Below are positions 13,041 through 21,177 of a DNA stretch of 64,000 bases, piece by piece. The position numbers were made by a program, and so were the translations under genes. Location: the NCBI GenBank assembly GCA_963665125.2, contig CAXXUK010000001.1:2688001-2752000 (forward strand). Reading direction: 5' to 3'. Each line of letters opens with the position of its first letter. The stretch's first letter is position 1. The notes beneath the pieces are model-generated. The model was not told the origin of the DNA and did no database searches. It saw nothing but the letters and a program-made list of their open reading frames with translations. Source of the stretch: an uncultured Desulfarculus sp. GTDB taxonomy: Bacteria; Desulfobacterota; Desulfarculia; Desulfarculales; Desulfarculaceae.

Positions 13041-13094
13041 ATTGCGCAATTGTCAATTTATATATTGACATGAAAAACAGTGTTCGGCTAGGCT
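13041..13094. promoter_or_regulatory. Divergent promoter region merR/MFS with back-to-back TTGACA boxes
   Basis: TGTCAAT-TTATAT-ATTGACA (13051-13070); plus strand TTGACA-N18-TAGGCT; palindrome ATTGCGCAAT at 13041-13050. Confidence 0.55.
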
Positions 13095-13141
13095 CGTCCA
13101 AGCCCCCATAGCCCAACGGCCTGATTGCAAGGCAAAGAATT

Positions 13142-14461
13142 ATGAAAAAACAAAACCGGCAATTCCAGGTAGGCGGCCCCCGCGCAAGATTCGTTCTGCT
13201 GGTGTGTTCGTCGCTGATGATGGTCAACTACATGGACCGGCAGGTCATGGCCGTGGTGCTCGAACCCATGAAAAGAGACCTGGGGTTCAGCGACGCCCAG
13301 GCCGGCTGGCTCAATACGGCGTTTTTGCTGAGCGTAGCCCTGTTTTCCATGCCCGTTTCGCGCATCGTTGACCGCTGGAGCCGCAGCAAGACCCTCTCGG
13401 CCATGGCCATGGCCTGGGGCTTATGCACAATGCTCACCGGCATGGGCCAGGGATTCATCACCGTGCTGTTGGCCCGTCTGGGCGTTGGCCTGGGCGAGGC
13501 CGGCTTCTCCCCGGCCAGCGCGGCCCTGATCTCGGCGTCCTTCCCGGAACACCGGCGGGCCAGAAACCTTGGCATCTACACCATGTTCATCACCGTGGGC
13601 ATAGCCCTGGGCATGTTTCTGGGCGGCTGGCTCTCGGCCAACTTCGGCGGCTGGCGCACGCCGTTTTTCGTCTTTGCCATACCCGGTTTCCTGCTGGGCG
13701 CGGCGGCCCTGTTCCTTCAGGATTACCAGACTCCGGCGGCCAAGACCGACGGCAGCGACAGGCTGCTGCCCAATATCGCCAAACTGTTCAAGACCCCGAC
13801 ATTGGCCTGGCTCTACCTCGGCTGGAGCATGAACATAGTCCAGGTCTTCACCATGATCATCTGGGGCCCGGCCCTGATCATGAGGTCCTTCGGGGTGCAG
13901 GAAGACGTCGCCGGGGCCGTCATGGGCGGGTTCGGGGCCTTGTCCCTGATCGGAGCCCCCCTGGGCGGCATCCTGGCCGACGCGGTTCAGCGCAAAAGAC
14001 CGGACGGCAGACCGTTTTTCGCCGGCATGTGCCAGATATGCTCGGCCCTGTTTTCCATGGTAGGGCTTACTTTCGCCTTGCAGATGGAGAACATGTTTCT
14101 CTTTGGGCTTGGCTGTACGGCCGCCATTATAAGCGGACTGTCGGCGGCCGCCGTGACTCCGTCGATGTATGCCGTCACCCAGGACGCCGCGCCGCTCAAG
14201 CTCAAGGGCCTGTCCATGGGTTTGGGTCTGTTGGGCATGTACCTGTTCGGCGGAGGCTGGGCTCCGGCCCTGGTGGGGGAGGTGTCGGATTATCTCGGCG
14301 GCGGCAGGCAGGGCCTGCTCTACGCCATGTACATCGCCATGTCGGCCGGTTTTCTGAGCGCCGGCTGCCTTTGGATGTGCGCCCGCAATTATGCGGCCGA
14401 CTGCCGAAAAGCCAACCTCGAGGACAACGAGGATGCCGCCGCCATAGCCGTCAGCGCTTGA
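13142..14461 (+). CDS. MFS transporter (spinster-like)
   Basis: NYMDRQ, DRWSR, ARLGVGLGEAGF, GWRTPF; about 12 hydrophobic segments. Confidence 0.92.
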   Translation: MKKQNRQFQVGGPRARFVLLVCSSLMMVNYMDRQVMAVVLEPMKRDLGFSDAQAGWLNTAFLLSVALFSMPVSRIVDRWSRSKTLSAMAMAWGLCTMLTGMGQGFITVLLARLGVGLGEAGFSPASAALISASFPEHRRARNLGIYTMFITVGIALGMFLGGWLSANFGGWRTPFFVFAIPGFLLGAAALFLQDYQTPAAKTDGSDRLLPNIAKLFKTPTLAWLYLGWSMNIVQVFTMIIWGPALIMRSFGVQEDVAGAVMGGFGALSLIGAPLGGILADAVQRKRPDGRPFFAGMCQICSALFSMVGLTFALQMENMFLFGLGCTAAIISGLSAAAVTPSMYAVTQDAAPLKLKGLSMGLGLLGMYLFGGGWAPALVGEVSDYLGGGRQGLLYAMYIAMSAGFLSAGCLWMCARNYAADCRKANLEDNEDAAAIAVSA

Positions 14462-14503
14462 ATTGTGTTTTAATTAATCAAGACACAATTATGAGGCGAC
14501 AAC

Positions 14504-15493
14504 ATGCCGACGGAAAAAATCCTCCTGGTTGACGACGAGATTGAAGTTCTAAACGCCCTTCGCCGGATTCTTCGCGGAAGGGACATCGACACAGCCCTTT
14601 CAGGCCAGCAGGCCCTTGAGATCATGGAACAATCCGGGCCGCATGCCTTGATAATAAGCGATCTAAAGATGCCGGGCATGGACGGCGGCACCCTTTTAGC
14701 CAAGGTTCAGGAACGCTACCCCGACACCGTGCGAATCATGCTCACGGGCACCACCGACATAGTCGACGTCATCGACGTGGTCAACCGGGGCTATGTTTTC
14801 CGTTTCCTAACCAAGCCGGCGACACTGGAACAGGTCGACAACGCCATAACGGACGGCCTGGCCCAACACCGGCGGATCATCGCCGAGCGGGAATTGGCCA
14901 CCGTACAGCAGTTGCGGCAAACCCTTGAAAAGGTCATCGGCGGATTCGTGCGCATCCTGGAAGCACGCGATCCATATACCGCGGGCCATCAAAGGCGCGT
15001 GGCCCAACTCGCCGAGGCAATTGCTGTCAAGCTGGGATACGGGCCGGCGCGGGTCCAACGGATACGTTTGGCCGCCATGATCCATGATTTGGGCAAGGTG
15101 TATGTACCCGCCGAGTTCCTGAACAAGCCCGGCCAGCTCAGCCGCCTGGAAATGGAAATAATCCGTTCCCATCCCACGGTTGCTCATGAAATCCTGGCCC
15201 CGCTGGGATTTGACTGGCCTCTGGCGGAGATGGTCTGCCAGCACCACGAACGCATAGACGGCTCGGGCTACCCCAACGGCCTGAAGGGGGACGAGATCCT
15301 CCCGGAGGCCAAAATAATCGCCGTTGCCGATGTGGTGGAGGCCATCAGCTCGCACCGCCCCTACAGGCCCGCACACACCCTGCGGGAAGCCTTGGACGAA
15401 CTGCGCCATGGGCGGGGCGCCGTCTACGATGCCGATGCCGTGGATTGCTGCCTGAGCTTGTTTGAAGAGGAGAATTGGAGTTTTGACGCCTAG
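14504..15493 (+). CDS. Response regulator with HD-GYP phosphodiesterase domain
   Basis: REC domain (LLVDDE, SDLKMPGMDG, FLTKP) plus HDLGK and HHERIDGSGYP. Confidence 0.93.
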   Translation: MPTEKILLVDDEIEVLNALRRILRGRDIDTALSGQQALEIMEQSGPHALIISDLKMPGMDGGTLLAKVQERYPDTVRIMLTGTTDIVDVIDVVNRGYVFRFLTKPATLEQVDNAITDGLAQHRRIIAERELATVQQLRQTLEKVIGGFVRILEARDPYTAGHQRRVAQLAEAIAVKLGYGPARVQRIRLAAMIHDLGKVYVPAEFLNKPGQLSRLEMEIIRSHPTVAHEILAPLGFDWPLAEMVCQHHERIDGSGYPNGLKGDEILPEAKIIAVADVVEAISSHRPYRPAHTLREALDELRHGRGAVYDADAVDCCLSLFEEENWSFDA

Positions 15494-15508
15494 CCCAACA
15501 AGGACGTA

Positions 15509-15547
15509 TAAAACGGCCCCGGCCAGCGTGGGACGATGACCGGGGCC
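15509..15547 (-). terminator. Putative terminator of the acyl-CoA operon, between convergent genes
   Basis: GGCCCCGG (15515-15522) / CCGGGGCC (15540-15547) followed by GTTTTA on the minus strand. Confidence 0.5.
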
Positions 15548-15582
15548 TGCACTGCTGCCCAGCAGCGGGAGATTACCGTTTA

Positions 15583-16725
15583 TTACAGGCCCATGAACTT
15601 GGCCACGATGCCCTTCATGATCTCGTTGGTGCCCGCGAAAATACGCATAACCCGCGTGTCGCGCCAGGCCCTGGAGATGGGGTACTCATCGCAGTAGCCA
15701 TAACCGCCGTGCAGTTGCAGGCCGCGGTCGGCCACCCGGCAGGCCATGTCGGTGGTCCAGTACTTGAGCATGGACACTTCGGTGACGATGTTCTTGCCCT
15801 CAATGTGGTCGGCGACGCACTTTTCCAGGAAGGTGCGGCCCAACTTGACTTCGGTGGCCATTTCCACGATTTCGAACTGGGTGTTCTGGAATTTGCTGAT
15901 CGGCTTGCCGAAGGCCGTGCGTTCCTTGCAGTAATCTATGGTTATTTTCAGACAGTACTCCGCGGCGGCCACGGCCCCGATTCCGCAAATAAGGCGCTCC
16001 TGCTGAAGTTTTTCCATGAGCATGATAAAGCCCATGCCCTTTTCGCCCAGGCGGTTGGCCACGGGGATGCGGCAGTCGGTAAAGTACAGTTCGGCCGTAT
16101 CCTGGCTGTGCCAACCGGCTTTTTTGATCTTCTTGCCTTTTTCAAAGCCGGGCCGGAAATCTTCCACCACATACAGGCTGATGGCCTTGTAGGGGTCTTC
16201 GACTGACGGGTCCTTTGCCGCCACCACGCATACGCCGCAGTTGATGCCGTTGGAGATGAAGGTCTTCTGGCCGTTGAGGATCACCTCATCGCCGTCTTCA
16301 ACAGCCGTGGTGCGCATGGCCGCCAGGTCCGAACCGGTGTTTGGCTCGGTCATGGCAACGGCGGCAATGGTCTCGCCGGAAATGCAGCCCGGCAGGATGC
16401 GGTGTTTCAATTCCTCACTGCCGTATTTGCTGATATAGGGCACCACCACGTCGGAATGCAGGCCCACGGCCAGGCCGGTGCAGTTGGTGCGGGCCACTTC
16501 CTCGTTGATTATCATCGAATAAAGGAAGTCGGCCCCCAAGCCGCCGTACTCCTCGTCAATATCCATGCACAAAAAGCCCTGCTCGCCCAGGCCGAGCCAA
16601 GCTTCCTTGGGGGTGATACCCGCTTCTTCCCACTCTTCCACATGGGGTGCCACTTCCTGTTCCAGGTATTTGCGCACGGCATCGCGGAAAATGCGATGTT
16701 CTTCGGAATATTGCAATATTTCCAT
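15583..16725 (-). CDS. Acyl-CoA dehydrogenase (long-chain type)
   Basis: AMTEPNTGSDL, NGQKTFISNG, QERL, QLHGGYGY, RIFAGTNEIMK. Confidence 0.95.
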   Translation of the reverse strand: MEILQYSEEHRIFRDAVRKYLEQEVAPHVEEWEEAGITPKEAWLGLGEQGFLCMDIDEEYGGLGADFLYSMIINEEVARTNCTGLAVGLHSDVVVPYISKYGSEELKHRILPGCISGETIAAVAMTEPNTGSDLAAMRTTAVEDGDEVILNGQKTFISNGINCGVCVVAAKDPSVEDPYKAISLYVVEDFRPGFEKGKKIKKAGWHSQDTAELYFTDCRIPVANRLGEKGMGFIMLMEKLQQERLICGIGAVAAAEYCLKITIDYCKERTAFGKPISKFQNTQFEIVEMATEVKLGRTFLEKCVADHIEGKNIVTEVSMLKYWTTDMACRVADRGLQLHGGYGYCDEYPISRAWRDTRVMRIFAGTNEIMKGIVAKFMGL

Positions 16726-16794
16726 TTGATCCCCTCTTTTATCAAAGGAGCGCGGGGCCTTTTTTCATCGCTGTCCAGGGCCTCGGCATCCTCT

Positions 16795-17139
16795 TTACCC
16801 ACCCCAGTCATGCTCCACGGCTTGACTGTATTCGTTGCCTTTGTCGTCGAAAAAGACCACGAGCTGAGTCTTGAGCCAGAGCGTTTCGTCCATGTAGGTG
16901 TAAAAGGCCATGGTTTGGCCAGGGGCGATTTCGTATTCGCCAAAAGGCATCAGGGAGTCGACCCTGTGAGAGCCCCAGCCGCCCCGCAGGTCACAGCGGC
17001 TGGGAACTCTCACAGGAGACGACCCCTGATTGGTTACTTGCAGTTCCAGATTCTGGTCAAAGGCCCGCACGCCGCAGCATGTCTTGAAACCAAAGATGTC
17101 CTCGACGCATGAGTTCATGATCGGTTTGATGCGCAGCAA
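16795..17139 (-). CDS. Small hypothetical protein within the acyl-CoA operon
   Basis: 114 aa; TTG start with GGAGG 6 nt upstream; 16 bp downstream of the thiolase stop. Confidence 0.7.
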   Translation of the reverse strand: MLRIKPIMNSCVEDIFGFKTCCGVRAFDQNLELQVTNQGSSPVRVPSRCDLRGGWGSHRVDSLMPFGEYEIAPGQTMAFYTYMDETLWLKTQLVVFFDDKGNEYSQAVEHDWGG

Positions 17140-17155
17140 CGCAGACCTCCGACAC

Positions 17156-18364
17156 TTATTGGTTCAATAGCCCCACAATGGCCACCGAGCACACGCTGTT
17201 GAACGGGAAGCCGCCCAGATTGTGCGTCAGGCCATAGCGGGGGTTGTTCAGCTGGCGCTCGGCGGCGCGGCCCTGAAGTTGCAGATACATTTCATAGAGC
17301 ATGCGCAGGCCCGAAGCTCCGATGGGATGGCCGAAGCACTTAAGGCCGCCGTCGATCTGGCAGGGCACCTTGCCGTCGGCGTTGTACATGCCGTCCAGGG
17401 TGTCCTTCCAGGATTCGCCGCGCTCGCTGATCTTCAAGTCTTCGTAGGTGACCATCTCGGTAATGGAGAAACAGTCGTGGACCTCCATCATCGAGATCTC
17501 TTCCTTGGGATTGGTGATGCCCGCCTCGGCGTAGGCCCGGTCCGCGGCCTTGTCCGTGGTGGGGAAATACGTGCCGTCCCAGGAGTTGTAGCCCATTTCC
17601 TCGCCGCTGGACACGGCGACCTGGAGGGCCTTGACCGTCACCGGGTTCTTGAAGCCCATTTCCTTGGCCTTTTCCACGGTGGTGACGATGGCGCAGGCCG
17701 AACCGTCACTGACGCCGCAGCAGTCGAACAGGCCCAAGGGATGGGCGATGATCGGCGCGGCCATGACCTGGTCTATGGTCACCTTTTTGCGCAGGTGGGC
17801 CTTGGGGTTGATGGCCCCGTTTTCGTGGCTCTTCACCGACACCTGGGCGATGGCCCGCTTGATGTCGTCCATGCTCACGCCGTATTTGGCGGCGTAGGCC
17901 GTGGCCAACTGGGCGAACGAGCCCGGCGCCGTCAGGTTGGGCCAGGTCATCCACAGGTTGCTGCCGGCATTGGCCCCAAGCTGGGGCAAGCCGCCGTAGC
18001 CGCTGTCCTTGAGCTTTTCTACGCCCAGGGCCAGGGTCATGTCGTAGGCCCCCGAGGCAACGGCGTACACCGCGCCGCGGAAGGCCTCGGTGCCCGAGGC
18101 GCAGAAGTTTTCCACACGCGTCACGCCCACATAGGGCAGCCGCAGGGCGGCCGACGCGTTGAGGGCGCTGCGGCCCAGGTCCAATTCATCAAAACAAGTT
18201 CCCTGCCATACGGCCTGGATCTCGTTGCGCTCTATACCAGCGTCCTGCAACGCCTCTTCAAAGGCCTCGACGATCAGCTCTTCGGCCCCCACGTCCCAGC
18301 GTTCGCCGAAACGCGTGCAGCCCATGCCGATGATCGCGACTTTATCTCTGATTCCGCTAGCCAT
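17156..18364 (-). CDS. Thiolase (SCP2/archaeal-type acetyl-CoA acyltransferase family)
   Basis: ENFCASG, VSDGSAC, EVHDCF, GHPIGASG, THNLGG motifs. Confidence 0.93.
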   Translation of the reverse strand: MASGIRDKVAIIGMGCTRFGERWDVGAEELIVEAFEEALQDAGIERNEIQAVWQGTCFDELDLGRSALNASAALRLPYVGVTRVENFCASGTEAFRGAVYAVASGAYDMTLALGVEKLKDSGYGGLPQLGANAGSNLWMTWPNLTAPGSFAQLATAYAAKYGVSMDDIKRAIAQVSVKSHENGAINPKAHLRKKVTIDQVMAAPIIAHPLGLFDCCGVSDGSACAIVTTVEKAKEMGFKNPVTVKALQVAVSSGEEMGYNSWDGTYFPTTDKAADRAYAEAGITNPKEEISMMEVHDCFSITEMVTYEDLKISERGESWKDTLDGMYNADGKVPCQIDGGLKCFGHPIGASGLRMLYEMYLQLQGRAAERQLNNPRYGLTHNLGGFPFNSVCSVAIVGLLNQ

Positions 18365-18428
18365 TCCTTTGTCCTCCCAGCCCCGGCGGAGCCCCTATGC
18401 GGAGCCCCGGCCGGGGGGACTTGGCGGA

Positions 18429-21161
18429 TTAAAACTTGAACAGCTTCTCGATAAGCTGAGATTTCATCACATCGCCATCGATCTGCAGCTTGCCGCTGGT
18501 AAAGGCGGCCATGGCGTTTAGTTCGCCGTTGATCAGCTTGACGAAGTCGCCGGCGTCCATCTTGATGGTGGTGGTGGGGGCGTCATGCTTGCCTTCGCCC
18601 ACCTGGCACTCGCCGCCGCTGATCACCGAGTACCAATCGCCGCCGGACTCGCCGCCCAGGCAGTACTGGAACACCACGTCCACGCCCTGGGCCGCTCCGG
18701 CCTGGAAGGCCCCGACCATGCCGTCGAACACGGCCTGCACGGCGTTGCCGCCGCCGCTGTCGGCCCCGCCGCCGCTGGGCTTGGGCGCGAAGGCGTTGAG
18801 CAACTGGCCAATCTGGCTCATGGCGTCGTTGAACTCCTCGGGATCGGACATGTCCTCGATGGCCGCGAAGTTGGCGTGGATGTCCTCAATGGTCGGAGGG
18901 GTCTGACCGTCGCCAACCACCTTGCCCTGGCCGGTGCCGATGGCCGCGCGGTTGTAGTAGCCGATGCCCGCGTTGAAGACCTCTCCGGTGTAGTCGCATT
19001 CGCCGGAGGCCAGATACACCACCAGGGGCGCGACGAACTCGGGCTTGGTCTTCTCGAAGAAGTCCGGAGGCATCACGTCCTCGGTCAGGCGGGTGGCCGC
19101 CAGCGGGGCCACGGTGTTGGCCAGGATGTTGTAGCGGCTGCCTTCCAGCTTGACCGTGTTCATCATGCCCACCAGGGCCAGTTTGGCGGCCGAGTAGTTG
19201 CACTGGCCGAAGTTGCCGTAAAGGCCCGCGGCGCTGGTGGTGAAGATGATGCGTCCGTAGGCCTGGTCGCGCATGACCTTGAAGGCCGGGCGGGTGACGT
19301 TGTAGGCGCCTTTGAGATGCACGTCCACCACCGCGTTCCAGTTGTCCGGGGCCATCTTGAGCATGGTCATGTCGCGCAGGATGCCCGCATTGTTGACCAG
19401 GATGTCCACCCTGCCGAATGCGTCCACGGCCGTCTTGACGATGTTTTCGCCGCCATCGGCGGTGGCCACGCTGTCGTAGTTGGGCACGGCCTCGCCGCCC
19501 ATGGCCTTGATCTCGGCCACGACCTTGTCGGCGGCCGCGTTGTCGCCGCCCACGCCGTCGCGGGCGCCACCCAGGTCGTTGATGACGACCTTGGCTCCGC
19601 GCTTGGCCAGTTCCAAAGCGTAGATCCGGCCCAGGCCCGCGCCGGCGCCGGTGACGATGGCCACTTGGCCGTCGAAACGGATGCGCTCGGCGTCTTCGGC
19701 GGGCTTTTCGCCCGGCTTGGGCACGGCCTTCCAGAAGTAGCCGCTGAAGCCGCGCTCGTCGTCCACATAGCGCCGCCGGAAGACCAGATCGACCTCCTGG
19801 CCCACGAACACGTCGTCCATGGTGCAGTCGGTAAAGTCGAACAGGAAGCGGCCGCCGTTTACGAATTCGACCATGCCGTATACGGCCGGCGGATCCACGC
19901 TGACGCCCAAAAGGTCGCCGGTGAACGACTTGACAACGGCCGGTTGGTCGGCGAACTCGTAGGGCTCCATGGCGTCAATGGCCCGGCAGTCCGGGTTAAC
20001 GCAGGTGCGCTGGCGGGGGTACTGGGGCGTGCCGCACTTTTGGCACTTGCCGCCCACCAGGCCCAGGATCTGGTCGCGCTTGCGCCAGAGGGTGGTCAGG
20101 GCCGTGTGCTTGGGGGCCTCGGCGCGGATGCCCATCTCGGGCTGGAGCTGATCGCGGAACACCAGGAACTTGGCGTAGTTGTCGCTGGTGAGCTTGCGCT
20201 CCAGGCTGCCGTTGGTGCCCATGCGCTCGGGCAGTTTGTCGATGGCGTCGGTGACCCGGAAATACAGGGCGTCGCTGCCCTGGCCGAAACCGGCCAGCAG
20301 GATGCGGTCGCCGGGTTTGGCCTCTTGCAGTGCCTTGACGAACATCACCAGGGCGTGGGCCGCGCCGGTCTCGCCGCACTCGGAGTGCAGATTGCCCATC
20401 AGCTTTTCAGGCGTGGCACCCAGCTTCTTGGCGATGGATTTCTGCTCGGCGGCGAAGAAGCAAGGGAACACCAACTTGTCCACGTCGTCCATGGTGATGC
20501 CCAGCTTCTTGAACAACCCGTTAACGGCCTGAGGAATGATCTTGCTGTAGCCGTCGTCGCGGACCCAGCGCTCTTCCCAGGTGTAGTCGTATTTGTCGCC
20601 CGCGCCGCGGAAATGGTCGATGAAGTCATGGGTCACGCTGTGCGAGCCCAGGAACTCGGCGATGACATCGTTGCCTTCGCCGACCATCAGCGAGGCCGCG
20701 CCGTCGCCTATCCACATTTCATAAAAGAACGCCGTCTTGGAGATTCGCTGGTCGCTGGCGGCCACCAGGGCCTGCTTGCTGGCCCCGCTCTTGACGGCGC
20801 CCAGGGCCTGCAACAGGCCGGTGGTGCCGGCGCGCATGCTGCCGGTTACGTCGGCGGCGCTGATGTCGTCGCCCAGGTTCAGGGCGGTCTTCATGATGCC
20901 GGCGTTGAGCCTGTCGGCGAACGGCAGGGTCGTGGAGCAAAGATAGACCGCGTCCGTGGCGTTTTTATCCATGCCCTTCAAGCAGTCGCGCGCGGCGGCC
21001 ACGGCCATGGTAAGGCTGTCTTCATCCCAGTTGCAGAAAGAGCGTTCACCCTGGGCCACGGCGATGATCGCCGGAGCGAACCAACCCATGGTCTGCACGA
21101 TGCTCATGCGGTTGAGCCTGAGCCTGGGGATGTAACCACCGTAGGATTTTATCCCGATCAT
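18429..21161 (-). CDS. Four-domain fusion: HMG-CoA-synthase-like / DUF35 Zn-ribbon OB-fold / SDR 3-hydroxyacyl-CoA dehydrogenase / SCP2
   Basis: MIGIKSYGGYIPRLRL...DEDSLTMA (HMGS-like); CQKCG...CVNPDC...YFWKA (DUF35); TGAGAGLG, NNAGILRD, YSAAK (SDR); MAAFTSGKLQIDGD (SCP2). Confidence 0.88.
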   Translation of the reverse strand: MIGIKSYGGYIPRLRLNRMSIVQTMGWFAPAIIAVAQGERSFCNWDEDSLTMAVAAARDCLKGMDKNATDAVYLCSTTLPFADRLNAGIMKTALNLGDDISAADVTGSMRAGTTGLLQALGAVKSGASKQALVAASDQRISKTAFFYEMWIGDGAASLMVGEGNDVIAEFLGSHSVTHDFIDHFRGAGDKYDYTWEERWVRDDGYSKIIPQAVNGLFKKLGITMDDVDKLVFPCFFAAEQKSIAKKLGATPEKLMGNLHSECGETGAAHALVMFVKALQEAKPGDRILLAGFGQGSDALYFRVTDAIDKLPERMGTNGSLERKLTSDNYAKFLVFRDQLQPEMGIRAEAPKHTALTTLWRKRDQILGLVGGKCQKCGTPQYPRQRTCVNPDCRAIDAMEPYEFADQPAVVKSFTGDLLGVSVDPPAVYGMVEFVNGGRFLFDFTDCTMDDVFVGQEVDLVFRRRYVDDERGFSGYFWKAVPKPGEKPAEDAERIRFDGQVAIVTGAGAGLGRIYALELAKRGAKVVINDLGGARDGVGGDNAAADKVVAEIKAMGGEAVPNYDSVATADGGENIVKTAVDAFGRVDILVNNAGILRDMTMLKMAPDNWNAVVDVHLKGAYNVTRPAFKVMRDQAYGRIIFTTSAAGLYGNFGQCNYSAAKLALVGMMNTVKLEGSRYNILANTVAPLAATRLTEDVMPPDFFEKTKPEFVAPLVVYLASGECDYTGEVFNAGIGYYNRAAIGTGQGKVVGDGQTPPTIEDIHANFAAIEDMSDPEEFNDAMSQIGQLLNAFAPKPSGGGADSGGGNAVQAVFDGMVGAFQAGAAQGVDVVFQYCLGGESGGDWYSVISGGECQVGEGKHDAPTTTIKMDAGDFVKLINGELNAMAAFTSGKLQIDGDVMKSQLIEKLFKF

Positions 21162-21177
21162 TGGGTCTTCCTCCCCT

